From the human T2T-CHM13v2.0 reference genome, Homo sapiens: a stretch of 64,000 bases of DNA. The position numbers and the translations under genes were made by a program. Location: the NCBI RefSeq assembly GCF_009914755.1, contig NC_060940.1; one strand, written 5' to 3'. The notes beneath the pieces were generated by a model that made no database searches, was not told the origin of the DNA, and saw only the letters and a program-made list of their open reading frames with translations. Shown here one piece after another: positions 42,063 to 54,770 of this stretch; position 1 is the stretch's first letter, and each line of letters begins with the position of its first letter.

Positions 42063-43622
42063 ATGGGAAACTCTTCTTCCCAGCCTCATAGAGATTGGAG
42101 CCCTCTCCAATGTATGTTACAAAATTTCTCTCTAGGCTTCTCAGAGGATTATGGGGTCCACCTTAAAAAAGGCAAACTCTGGACACTCTGTGAAGTAGAA
42201 TGGCCACAGTTTGGAACCGGGTGGCACCTAGAAGGGTCACTGAATCTCACAGCTGTTCAGGCTGTGTGGTGGGTCATTGCTGGAACTCCCAGTCACCCTG
42301 ATCAGTTTCCCTACATAGATCAATGGCTGAACTTGGTCCAGAGCCCTCCCACTTGGCTCTGCTCATGCGCAATTTATAATCCTACCTCCAAGGTCCTTTT
42401 GAGCCAGACCTCACTGTCTTCCCAACCCTCAGCTCGCTCAGCTCCTCCTGTACTGCCTCCTTCTGAAGAAGAGGAAAGTTTTCCTCACCCATTTCCACTG
42501 CCCTATAACCCTCCTGCTCCCCCAGAATCTTCCCTAGTCTCTTCAACTACATCCCCTGTGGCCTCTCCACCTGTAGCCTCCCAATTATAGCCTTGGCAGG
42601 AGGAGGTAGTCCCCCTCCTCCCAATGAGAGAAGCACAAATCCCTCTAGGTGAGGAGCACTCTGCTCTATTTTTAGTTTATGTCCCCTTCTCTACTTCTGA
42701 CCTGTACAACTGGAAGGCTCATAATCCCCACTTCTCTGAAAAGTCCCAGATCTTGACCTCACTGATGGAGCTCATGCTCTGGACTCACCGGCCCACCTGG
42801 GATGACTGTCAGCAACTCCTTTTAACCCTTTTCACCTCTGAAGAGAGGGACCATATCTGAAGAGAGGCCAGAAAGTATTTCCTTACATCAGCCGGTAGAC
42901 CAGAGGAGGAAGCCCAAAACCTCCTAGAGGAGGTTCCTCCATCTACCCAGCCTAATTGGGATCCAAACTCCTCGGGTGGAAAGAGAGCTTTAAATGATTT
43001 TCACTGGTATCTTCTTGTGGGTATCAAGGGAGCTGCTCAAAAACCCATGAATCTGTCTAAGACAACTGAGGTGGTTCAGGGGCCTGATGAGTCACCTGGA
43101 GCGTTTTTAGAATGCCTCCAGGAGGCCTTTCAGACTTACACCCCTTTTGACCTGGTGGCTCCCAAGAATAGTCGGGATATTAATTTGGCATTAGTGGCTC
43201 AGTCAGCCCCTGATATTAAAAGAAAATTACAAAAGCTGGAGGGATTTGCTGGAATGAACATTAGCCAGCTTTTAGAAGTAGCCCAGAGAGTTTTTGACAA
43301 TCGAGAGTTTGAAAAGCAAAAACAGGCAGCTCAGGCAGCTGAAAAGCCTGCTGATAAAGCACCCAAAAGACAAGCAAAAATCTTAATGGTGGCCATCCAG
43401 GAAGCCAAAAAGGAAGGGCCCCCATCACAGAGCACTAGCCAGGGGACCCTAGGTCCACACCAGAAAAGCCAGAAAAGCGAGTGGGCTTCCCTACAAAGAA
43501 ACCAATGCGCTTATTGCAAGCAGATTGGACACTGGAAGAAGGAATGCCCATTAAAGCCAGAGGAAAAACCAGAAAAGAAAAAGGTCCTCACCCTCCCCAC
43601 AGCGGAGGAGTCTGATGACTGA
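42063..43622 (+). pseudogene. gag: HERV-T gag, disrupted
   Basis: Myristoylation start [27 protein letters not shown], major homology region QGPDESPGAFLE, CCHC knuckle CAYCKQIGHWKKEC. In-frame stops. Confidence 0.93.
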
Positions 43623-46600
43623 TGGGACCAGGGCTCCCTCTCATTTGGCCCCCCAGGAACCCATGGTGACTGCTACAGTGGGGGGCCAGCACACACGCTT
43701 CCTAGTAGATACTGGGGCAGAACACTTGGTACTGCACACACCCTTGAGCAGTGTCTCTAATAAAAAGGTGGCTGTACAAGGGGCTACTGGAGCTATTCAG
43801 GAATATCCTGTCACACACTCACAAGAAGTGAGTTTGGGACAGAAAAGAGTAACCCTCTCATTTCTTGTAGTCCCAGAGTGCCCCATTCCCCTTCTCAGAC
43901 AAGACCTGCTCCATAAGCTACAGGCATCTATCTCTTTCTCAGGCCAACAAGCTCACCTCACGTTAGGGGACACAATGCCCCCTACTGCCCGACTCCTGTT
44001 TACTACCCCTCTGTTGGAGGAATATCTCTTTGTTTCACCCTCACAACTGCTGAAGAATGAAGCTAATCCTCTCCTATTGGATCTACAGACTCTCTTTCCT
44101 TGAGTTTGGTCTGAGTCAAACCCCCAGGACTAGCAAAGCATCATCCACTGGTAGTTGTAGAACTCCTGGCCACTGCCCTGCCATTCCAGGTAAAACAATA
44201 TCCTGTGAGTCAGTGGGCTGAGAGGGGATCAATCTCCATATTCAGTGACTGTTACAAGCTGGTATACTCACACCATGTCAGTCCACCTGGAATACTCCAT
44301 TTTTGCCAGTCCAGAAACCCATAACAAATGATTACCAGGCAGTACAGGACTTGCAGGAAGTTAACAAGTGGACAGTTACTGTCCATCCGACTGTCCCTAG
44401 CCCTTATACTTTACTCAGCCTGCTCCTGCCAGAACATACAGTATACACTGTCCTTGACTTAAAGGATGCCCTCTTTGCTATTCCTCTGGCCCCCAAAAGC
44501 CAACCTATCTTTGCTTTTGAATGGACAGATCCTGGCTTGGGAGACACCACCTAATTAACCTGGGCTCGGTTACCCCAGGGTTTTAAAAATTCCCCCACAC
44601 TTTGTAGAGAAGCCCTCCAACAAGATCTCATACCGTTCCATGCCAGTCACCCTAACTGCACTCTTCTCCAGTATGTGGATGACCTTTTACTAGCTACTGA
44701 AACTACTGACAGCTGCCTGCAACATACTAGGGACCTGCTTTGCCTTCCCCAGGAACTCAGGTACCGGGTCTCAGCTAAGAAGGCCCAGCTTTGTCTCCCC
44801 AGGATTTCCTACCTGGGGTATGTGATAGACAAGAGAAAAAGGGCACTCGCCAGTGCCTGAAAGGAAACCATCCTGTGGATCCCCATTCCCACCACCAAGA
44901 GACAGGTATGTGAATTCCTGGTGGCCATGGGATAGTGTTGTCTACGGATATCAGGTTTCATGGAAATTGGCAAGCCCCTATACTCCACTAGTGGAGGAAA
45001 TGGCCCACTAGTTTGGACTGACACAGAGGAGGAGGCGTTTCAAAACCTTAAGAAAGCATTAACTGAGGCCCCTGCTCTAGCCCTCCAAATATCTAAAAGC
45101 CATTTTACCTTTTTGTTCATGAAAGCCAGGGAGTCACTAAAGGGGTACTCACTCAAACTTTGGGGCCATGGTGATACCCAGTGGCCTATTTGTCTAAGAG
45201 ACTGGACCCTGTGGCCTCTGGGTGGCCAAGTTGTCTGTGAGCCATAGCAGCCACAGCAAGCCTGGTTCAAGAGGCTGATAAACTGACTCTAGGTCAAAAT
45301 TTAACCCTTATGGCTCCTCATGCCATAGAGACATTGCTAAGAAGTGCTTCTGGCAAATGGATGTTGAACGCTCGCATCCTGCAGTATCACAATTTACTGT
45401 TAGATCAGCCTCGTTTAACTTTCTCTCCCACAAGGTGTTTAAATCCAGCTACCTTGTTCCCTGATTCAGACCTTACCCCACCTATCCATGACTGCCAGGA
45501 ACTGTTAGTGACTATGGAAACTGGCCGACCTGATCTCCAAGATGTGCCTTTAAAGGAGGTGGATGCCACCATAGTTACAGATGGTAGCAACTTCCTTGAA
45601 CAAGGAGTACGAAAGGCTGGTGCAACCGTTACTACAGCAACAGACATAGTGTGGGCCCAGGTGCTGCCAGCAGGCACCTTAGCATAGAGGGCTGAATTAG
45701 TTGTCCTCACTCAAGCCCTCTGATGGGGTAAGAACAAACGCGTTAATATCTACACTGACAGCAGGTATACTTTTGCTACTGTGCATGTACACAGAGCCAT
45801 CTATCAGGAGTGTGGGCTACTCACCTCAGCAGGAAAAACTATCAAAAATAAAGAAGAAATTTTGGCCTTGCTTGAAGCTGTTTGGCTCCCTCAACAAGTG
45901 GCTGTAATTCACTGCAAAGGACATCAAAAAGAAGACACGGCCGTTGCTCGTGGTAACCAAAGAGCAGACTCTGCAGCTAAAGAGGCAGCTCAGTACCCAG
46001 TCACACCTTTGACCCTGCTGCCCGCTATATCCTTTCTGCAGCCTGACTTGCCGGGCCACCCAGAATACTCCCCAAAGGAGAAAAAACAGGCTTCGGATCT
46101 TCAGGCCAGTAAAAATCAGGAAGGTTGGTGGATTCTTCCTGATTCCAGAATCTTCATGCCCCGAGTCCTCGGGGAAACTTTAATCAGTCGTCTGCATTCT
46201 ACCACCCATTTGCAAGGAGCAAAACTGGCCCAGCTTCTAAGGAGCCATTTCAAGATACCCCACCTTTGGACTTAACTAACCAAGCAGCTCTCCGGTGTAC
46301 AGCTTGTGCTCAGGTAAATACCAGGCCAGGTCCTAAACCAGCCCAGGCCACTGCCTCTGGGGAGACTTACCAGGAGAAAGGTGGGAAATTGACTTTACAG
46401 AGATAAAACCACACCGGGCAGAGTATAAATAGCTCCTGGTGCTAGTAGACACCTTTTCTGGATGGACTGAAGCATTTGCCACCAAAAACGAGACTGCCAC
46501 CATGGTAGTTAAGCTTTTACTCAATGAAATCATCCCTCGACATGGGCTGCCTGCTGCCATAGGGTCTGATAATGGACTGGCCTTCACCTCGTCCACAGCT

Positions 46601-47220
46601 CAGTCAGTCAGTAAGACATTAAACATTCAATGGAAACTCCATTGTGCCTATTGACCCCAGAGCTCTGGGCAGATAGAACACATGAATCGCACCCTAAAAA
46701 GTACTCTTACAAAATTAATCCTAGAGACTGGTGAGAATTGGGTAAAGCTCCTTCCTCTAGCCCTTCTTAAAGTAAGATGTACCCCTTACCAGGCTGGGTT
46801 TTCACCTTTTGAAATCATGTATGGGAGGGCTCTGCCTGTCTTGCCCAAACTAAGGGATACCCATTTAGCAGAAATCTCACAAGCTAATTTGTTACAGTAT
46901 CTGCAGTCTCTCCAACAGGTATAAGACATCATCCAGCCACTTGTCCAGGGAGCACATCCCAATCCAGTTCCTGACCAGACAGGGATCTGCCACTCTTTCC
47001 AGCTGGGTGACCTGGTATATGTTAAAAAGTTCCAGAAGGAAGGACTCACTCCTGCCTGGAAAGGACCTCATACTGTTATCCTCACCATGCCAAAAGCTCT
47101 GAAAGTAGACAGCATTCCTGCTTGGATTCATCACCCTCACATCAAGAAGACCAACAAAGCCCAGCAAGAAACATGGGTCCCCAAGCCTGGGACAGGCCCC
47201 TTAAAACTGTGTCTAAGTCG
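43615..47220 (+). pseudogene. pol: HERV-T pro-pol (protease, RT, RNase H, integrase), disrupted
   Basis: [51 protein letters not shown]. Many stops and frameshifts. Confidence 0.93.
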
Positions 47221-48737
47221 ACTGAAGCCATTAAATTAATTCTTTACCTCTTTTGTTTGTTTCAGCCTGTCATGCCTTCTGCTCCTTCCTACTCTTTTCT
47301 CCTTACTTCTTTCACGACAGGACGTGTGTTTGCAAACACCACCTGGAAGGCGGGGACCTCCAAGGAAGTCTCTTTTGCAGTTGATTTATGTGCTCTGTTC
47401 CCAGAGCCTGCCCATACCCTCGAAGAGCAACACAATCTGCTGATCATAGGAGCAGGAAACATCAACTTTGCTGCAGGGTTTGGATACTCCTAAAGCCAGA
47501 CTTGATGTGGAAGCTCCAAAGGTGCAGAAAAAGGACTCCAAAATGCTGACTTTTACCTCTGTCCTGGAAATCACCCTGGCTCTAGTTGTCGAGATTCTTA
47601 CCAGTTTTTCTGCCCTGACTGGATACGTGCAACTTTGGCCACCTACTGTGGGAGATCAGCCCGATCTTCAACCCTTTCCATACCTCGTGCTTCCCATCCT
47701 AAACTGTACTAGGGGAAATTGCAATCTTCTTACTATAACCATCCATAACCCTAATTTAGCTCAATGGTATTACAGCATGTCATGGGTATTAAGACTTTAT
47801 ATCCTAGGATTTGATGTTGGAATTACGTTCACCATCCAGAAGAAAATCCTGGTCTCATGGAGCCCTCCTAAGCCAATAGGGTCTTTAACTGATTCAGGTG
47901 ATTGTCTAATTAGCACTGGATATAACTTATCTTCTTCTCCCTTTCAGGCTACCTGTAATCAGTCTCTACTTACTTCCTTAAGCACCTCAGTCTCCTACAA
48001 GGCACCTAACAATACCAGGCTAGCCTGCACTTCAGGTCTCACTTGCTGCATCAGTGGGACTGAACCAGGACCTCTCCTGTGTGTGTTGGTGCATGTGCTC
48101 CCCCAGGCCTACATGTACAGTGGGCCAGAAGGACAACTTCTCATCACTCCCCCTGAACTGCATCCCAAGTTTCACTGAGCTGCCCCACTCCTTGTTCCCC
48201 TCCTGGTCGGCCTAAGCATAGCTGGGTCAGCAGCCATTGGCATGGCTGCCCTGGTTCAGGGAGAAACTGGGCTAATGTCCCTACCTCAACAAGTAGATGC
48301 TGATTTAAGCCATCTCCAATCAGCCATAAATATACTACATACCCAGGTAGAGTCTCTAGCTGAAGTATTTCTTCAAAACCGCTGAGGCTTAGATCTGCTA
48401 TTTCTCTCTCAAGGAGAGTTATGCGCAGCTCTGGGAGAGAGTTGTTGCTTCTAAGCCAATCAGTCTGGAGTCATAAAAGATACTCTTCAAAAAGTTCAAG
48501 AGACTCTAGATAGACGCCAGCAGGAACGGGAAAATAACACCCCCTGGTACCAAAGCATGTTTAACTGGAATCCATGGTTAACTACTCTAATCACTGGGTT
48601 AGCTGGACCCCTTCTCTTCCTATTGGTAGGTTTAGTCTTTGGGCCTTGTATATTAAATAGGTTTCGGTAAAGCAGCACATAGCTTCTGTCAAGCTTATGT
48701 ATCTTAAAGCCCAATATAGCCCCCTTGTTATAACTGA
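47173..48737 (+). pseudogene. env: HERV-T env, disrupted and internally deleted
   Basis: MGPQAWDRPLK...SFTTGRVFANTTWKAGTSKEVSFAVDL matches HERV-T Env. Immunosuppressive domain LQNR*GLDLLFLSQGELC; TM region WNPWLTTLITGLAGP. Stops and frameshifts. Confidence 0.92.
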
Positions 48738-48777
48738 GGAATCAGTGATTTGATTCCCCAAAAACACAAGTGGGAAA

Positions 48778-49328
48778 TGTGATATCCTACCTTGTTTTAA
48801 CCTGAATTGACTCCCTTAGCTGAGAGAGCCAGACAGACTCCATTTTGGCTCCTTCACTTGCAGCCCCTTACCCACCCACCTTCCTCAAGGACTTAACCTG
48901 TGCAAGCTGATTCCCAGCACATCCAAGAATGCAATTACTGATAAGATACTGTGGCAAGTTACATCCGCAGTTCCCAGGAATTCGCCCAGTTGATAGTACC
49001 CAAAGCCCCCACATTTGTATCTGGTTGACAGCACCCAAAGCCCCCACGTCTATCACCTTGTGATAGATTTAAGACCCCTGTACCTGGAACTGTTTGTTTT
49101 CCTGTAACAATTTATCTTTTCAACTTTGCTGCCTGTTTTGCTTCTGTAAGATTGCTTCAGCTAGGCTCCCCCTCCCCTTTCTAAGCCAAAGTATTAAAGA
49201 AAATCTAGCCCCTTCTTCAGGGCCAAGAGAATTTTGAGCACTAGCCATCTCTTGGTCACTGGCAAATAAAGGACTCCTGAATTAGTCTCAAAGTGTGGCT
49301 TTTCTCTATAACTCACTCGGTTACAACA
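48778..49328 (+). promoter_or_regulatory. 3' LTR (LTR6B)
   Basis: Direct repeat of 39870-40418, preceded by a degenerate purine tract. AATAAA near 49265. Confidence 0.92.
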
Positions 49329-50289
49329 ATAGTGCATATATAATAAGATATATAATGTTATAAAATTAATATATGTAGTATTATAGTGATTAGTCCTTTC
49401 TCTGTAAATCTATAATATTTCATAAAATGCATTATTCATTAAAAGTTTTTTGCATTAAAAGTTACTAAACTGTAATAATATTTGAGTGACATGAACCTTT
49501 GGAGAAGGACTCATTCTAGAGACTTGAAGTTTCAGGATAGCTAAGATTTAAATTTTCTATGTGTCAAATTATTGTCAAACATTTTTTTTTAACTTTAAAC
49601 AAACTAAAAGTATTATTTTTATTTTTAAAATTTATACTTTCCAAATTCTCTCTTGAACATTTTTAATGAACATATGTGACAGAGCTGTCATCAGACTGTG
49701 CAAGTTGTTTTGTCTTTTTTTACAATATTACATTATTTATTCACTTATTTATATTGGTGTGGCCAACGTTGCAATTTTAATATATTTATATGGTTAGAAG
49801 GGGAATAAGTTAAGAGAAAGAAAATGCAGCCATCTGGCTCTGAGTCCTTACCAGGAAGAATTTTGGGATCTCAAGTTCTTGCACAGAGCTCATCATATAC
49901 TTTTGGTGGCTAAATTTTTATGGAAGCTTCTGGTACAGTTTCTACTGTGCTGTACAATGTTAGCTTTGATCTTGTAAGCTGACAACACTGAATTTGTGGC
50001 TGTCTGGAACCCTGTGCTAAAGAAGACTGGAAGTCATATACAGGCTCAGTAGGAAGGAGGTCTCTGATGTATTTCTGCTGTTGCAATAGTCACATGTCCC
50101 AGCAACGCCTGCTCAGCAACTCCTACTTGTTATGACAGGACTTGTGGTGGGATTTCATGGGGATGTGAGAAGGAAAAAAGTAGTCAGGGATAACTTCTGG
50201 TGCTCCCCTCAGGGAAGAGGCCCCAGGCCTGGGAGTCATCAGCAGAGACATGGTACCTAAAACTTTGAAACTATGTGGGACCACTCTGA

Positions 50290-50505
50290 GAAGAGAGGGA
50301 CGTAGGGAGAGAAGAGGACTAAGAATTACTGGAGATGTGGTGGAAAAGAATGAGTAGAATGGAAAAGGTCAAAAAAAAATCATGAGTGGGGTCTTCAACA
50401 GGAAAGTGTTTCAAGAAGTAAGTCTTCCATTGGATTATCCATGTCCAATACAGCTCACAGACTGAGCAAAATAAGAACAAACACTTAACCTTGATTTTAG
50501 TCAAA
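50290..50505. mobile_element. L2 LINE fragment
   Basis: 'ggaaagtgtttcaagaag...tgtccaatacagc...aaaataagaacaaacac...ttgattttag' resembles the L2 3' region. Confidence 0.45.
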
Positions 50506-50639
50506 TAAAACTATTTTATCCATTTTGTCTAGATTTTCTAATTTGTGGGTCTAGAAGTGTTCTAATACTCTGTTAATTTCAGAGCACTCTTTAGTGTACT
50601 CTAGTGTAACAACCAATTATCTACATGCTGAATGAGAAT

Positions 50640-50940
50640 AGAGTTTCCAGGAAAATGCAGATTCATTAAGTCTTGAGGTAATAACCAGAAATAAATAAGA
50701 AAGTGCTTCAGTAAACCCTTGGGAAATCACCATCCAAGGGTACTTTTGATTCTTTTCACAGAAAGACAAATGAACAGTGAGTTTTTTCCAACTGGAATCC
50801 TAAAGAAAGCTGAGCAAAAATCTGTTACTGTGAACCATTTGGAATCAATGGGTACATCAGATAATGAGGTTTTAGGGTTAGAAACTACAGGAAACCTCAA
50901 TATCACAACATAAGGCCACATCCACAGGATCTTCACAGAG
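50640..50940 (-). mobile_element. Ancient ERV reverse-transcriptase fragment
   Basis: ORF 50727-50936 contains PVVSNPKTSLSDVPIDSKWFTVTDFCSAFFRIPV, followed by FPKGFTE. These are retroviral RT motifs. Confidence 0.75.
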
Positions 50941-51214
50941 TAAATTGTTCTGACTCCATCTTATCTGGCAGAAGAATGTCTTCAGGCCCCCAAATCAATT
51001 CTCAGAGGCTGGTCTTTTAGCTCATTTAGATGAAAAAACAAATCTCACTTTCTGAGCCAGGACACAACAAAAAGACCGATCTCTATAAAAAGTGCAAAAC
51101 ATAAACAAAAAGAATTGTTATTTTTAAGCATTTGTTTAGTAAGAATTCTTTCTCATTAGTCTCTGACTATTTGGAATGTATTTATAGAGTCATTAAAATA
51201 TAATTCTGTGAAGA

Positions 51215-52875
51215 AACCAATAAATTAACATTTTTATTTTATGTGGCTTCATAAATTTAGGTCTTCTGGGTCATTAAGGTATTAAGCTTCAGTGTCTTAC
51301 TTCTTTTTTAGTCCTAAAGCAACATGTTACTTCCCTGTTTAGCTATTCCATGACCTTCAAGACCTAATTATTAATAACAAAGAGATAGCTCACCTTCTAT
51401 TGTAATCACACAATCCAATGTCAATGCTGGTTGACGTTCATAGATCTTGATTTCTTAAAATGTATTTATATAGGTCAAGAAAAATGGAGCAGGAGAAAAC
51501 TTCACTCAAATTATGTAGCAATGTTAAACAAATTCAGTTTTTGAGTCCAAATTAAATTATTTATGTCTCTAAACTTTACCTTGTAACTTTTCTTACAGCA
51601 ATGTAGTTTTGAATTTTATCCACGGATAATTTTTTTTTCAGACAAAGTCATGATTCTGGAGAAACATTGATTTAGATATATGGAATCTGTTTCCTTCTTA
51701 ATAGAGCATGAAAAAATGGAGCATTATATATTTAGCTTACCTAAGTTGTTCTCTTTCAAAAAGACTAATATAATGAAAAATTTGAAAATTTCCCTGTAGT
51801 ATATTTTTATTCAAAATACATAAATATGCTGAATTTAAAACAATTTTCCAAAACAACTGGGTTTTGGCCAAGATTCGAGAAGCCCCAGAATGTCTTATCC
51901 AAAACAATCAATTAAAGACTGTCAATTTAAAATTAAGCAATAGTGCTTAAATGTCATTTGTTTTGTTTTCTTTGTTTTAGAGATGAGGTATCACTATGTT
52001 GCCAAGATTGGAGTGCAGCAGCTAGTCACAAACATAATCATGGTGCGTTACAGCCTGGGCTCAAAGGATCTTCCTGACTCAGCCTCCTGAGTGGCTGGGA
52101 CTAAAGGCATATGCCACCACACTTAGTTATGTTTTTAAAAACCACCTTTACACTATTGTACCTTTTTGGTTATTGGGAAACAAATATATTTTGACTCTCA
52201 AGAAAAAGGTACTTGGTGGCACACTAAAGAATGAGTCAATGAGTTTACAAAACACAAGAGGCAGGGTACAGTTGCTCCAAAGTGATACAAAACAACATTA
52301 TGATTTTGCTTTGGTTTGAAGAGAAACAAAATGTTTTCACTCAAGTTTTAAGTGCCAAAATAGCTAATTACTGTTAAAATGTCATCAACGCTAGTACCAT
52401 TACTCAGAAATCAACTATTTCCAACAGAAAAAAATATTTAGTTACCTTTTACAAGAACTATATTGTAACTTTCATTTTAAGGGTATTATATTGCCTCAGT
52501 ATTACAACAAACCTCTTTATTAGATTTAAATTTAACTAATTCTAACCCAACCCAAATTAAAAACTGCTCACATTTAAGAGCAAGAAATACTATTGCACAT
52601 TACACTTATATGTGAAGAATGTGTGCTTCCTCCCATGCCCCCCAAACTGAATTATATTCTATGAATTACATTCCATTATCTGAATTTATAACACTTAAAG
52701 TTCTTATGCTCTTCCCCCTAACAAATACATTAATATACTTGTAGCCTCAAAATACTTCATGAACTCTGAAGTGAATCTCTATGGCGGGAGCTTCCTTTGT
52801 GAAATAAATTTGGCTAGTCACATGCAAACCAATATCCCCAAGTATCTAAACAAATTTATTTTGCTCCTTTCCAAT
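51215..52875 (-). pseudogene. C2orf69P: C2orf69 pseudogene fragment (C-terminus plus putative 3'UTR)
   Basis: 52875-52747 translates IGKEQNKFV*ILGDIGLHVTSQIYFTKEAPAIEIHFRVHEVF*, versus C2orf69 IGKEHKKFVQILGDLGMQVTSQIHFTKEAPSIENHFRVHEVF*. The 3' extent is inferred from a minus-strand AATAAA near 51233. Confidence 0.85.
51960..52127 (-). mobile_element. FAM/FLAM fossil Alu monomer
   Basis: 'ggagtgcagcagctagtcaca...tacagcctgggctcaaaggatc...cagcctcctgagtggctgggact' is a monomeric 7SL-derived SINE. Confidence 0.7.
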
Positions 52876-53390
52876 ATACTCAATAGTGGGAATGCTGGAT
52901 GGTATGGTAGTTCCATTTTTAGGTTTTTGCTTTTTGTTTTTTGTTTTGTTTTTATTTTCGTTTTAAGAAACCTGCATAGTTTTCCATGCATGTTTCTAAG
53001 AGATGAATAAATCTGAAAATGGACTAAATTTACATTCGCATCAACAGTGCATAAGTGTTCCCTTTTCTCCACATCCTCATTAAACCTTGTTATCTTTCGT
53101 CTTTTTCATAATTCTACATGGGGCGAGGTGCTATCTCACGTTATTCTGGATTGCATTTTCCAGATGATTGGTGATGTTGAGCATTTCTTTGTGTCTTCTT
53201 TGGAAAAATGTCTATTCAGGTCTTTTGCTCACTCTTCAGTTGGGTTTTTTTTTATTTTTATTGCTGCTGAGTTGAGTCTCATGTAATTTGGATATTAATT
53301 CCTTGGCAAATGCACGCACATATTTTCTTTTCTAGATTGTCCTTTCACTCTGTTAATAAATTTCTATGCTGTCCAGAAGCTTTTAATATT
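52876..53390 (-). mobile_element. Old L1 ORF2 3' fragment
   Basis: ORF 52818-53072 contains MEKREHLCTVDANVN and LKMELPYHPAFPLLSI, from the L1 ORF2 C-terminus. Confidence 0.8.
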
Positions 53391-53537
53391 TTACTGATAT
53401 TAATTTTTCTGTTTTCTGACTTGATAGAGAGGTAAGAGTTGGCCCTCAGCTTCATAGGTTATCTGTCTTCTATCTCACTACTTTTAGGAGTTTTTTTCTT
53501 TTTGATGCCTTGCATTTTGATCATTATTCTTTTAAGA

Positions 53538-54770
53538 TTTATTTTATATATAATGATACATAATAATTGTACATATTTATGGGGTGCAGTGTGATATTTC
53601 AATGCATTCATACACTGTACAATGACCTAATCAGGGTAATTTGCATATCTAGCACTTTAAACATTTATCTGTGCTAATAAAAACCTCTCTACTAGCTGTG
53701 TTGGAATAAACAGTGCTGAGACCAGCTGTGTCATGGAGACCCTAACCCAGTGGCGCTAGAGGAATTAAAGAAACACACACAGAAATCTAGAGCTCGGAGT
53801 GGGAATCAGGGGCTGACAGCCTTCAGAGCTGAGAGCCACAAACAGAGTTTTACACACATATTTATTGACAGCAAGCCAGTGATAAACACTGTTTCTATAG
53901 ATTATAGATTAACTAAAACATGAGACAAGGGGATGGGCTCTGGCTAGTTATCCGCAGCAGGAACATGTCCCTGAGGCACAGATAGCTCATGCTATTTTTT
54001 GTGGTTCAGGAACACCTTAAGCGGTTTTCCACCCCGGGTGGGCCAGGTGTTCCTTGCCTTCATTCTGGTAAACCAACAGCCTTCAGCGTGAGTGTCATAG
54101 CCATCACAAGCATGTCACAGTGCTGCAGAGATTTTGTTTATGGCCAGATTTGGGGCCTGTTTATGGCCAGATTTGGGAGCCTGTTTCCAACAGAATAGTA
54201 CATTATTATTAGCTATAGTCACCCTACTATGTAATAGAACACCAGAATTTATTCTCTCTAACTGTAACTTTGGAACTTTGACAATCCTCTCCCCATCCCT
54301 TCATTCCTTCACTCTCCCTAGCCTCTGGTAACCACCATTCTACCCTCTACTTCTATGAGATCAATTTTTTAAGATTTCACATATGAGTGACATCATGTGG
54401 TCTTTTTCTTTCTGTGACTGGCTTTTTCACTTAACATAATGTCCTCTAGATACATCCATGTTAACATGAATGATAGCTCATTCTGTTTTATTACTGAACA
54501 TTATTCGTGTGTGTGTGTGTGTGTGTGTGTGTGTAACATTTTCTTCATTCATCTGTAGATGGGCACTTATACACTATTGGTGAGAGTGTAAATTGGTACA
54601 AACATTAGGGAAAACAGCATGGAGGTTTTTCAAGAAATTATAAAAAGAACTACCATATACATGACCCAGAAATCTCACCACTGGTTATATGTCAAAAGGA
54701 AATGAAATCAATCTTCAGAAAGATAATTGGACTCCCATGTTTATTAAAGCACCATTCACAATAACCAAAA
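53538..54770 (-). mobile_element. L1MA-like 3' end with an inverted 5' segment, interrupted by MER9
   Basis: Antisense 3'UTR at 53538-53713 and 54193-54570, then a sense ORF2 piece at 54570-54770. Approximate TSD attcttt(t)aag. (GT)n at 54508-54533. Confidence 0.65.
53714..54192 (-). mobile_element. MER9 solo LTR (HERV-K HML-3)
   Basis: Minus strand TGTTGGAAACAGGCTCCCAAATCTGGCCATAAAC...GCTGGTCTCAGCA. Imperfect 6-bp TSD aaacag / gaatag. Confidence 0.88.

Larger units (their letters stand above)
39870..49328 (+). mobile_element. HERV-T (HERVS71) provirus with LTR6B LTRs, defective
   Basis: Two ~550-bp LTRs (TG...CA), perfect 4-bp TSD atag (39866-39869 / 49329-49332), tRNA-Thr PBS, and gag-pro-pol-env remnants in order. 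Confidence 0.95.

Noticed and set aside
47468-48178. 236-aa ORF as an intact Env fragment
   Set aside because: Its N-terminal part is out of the Env frame, it lacks the signal peptide, and it ends in a stop at the furin site.
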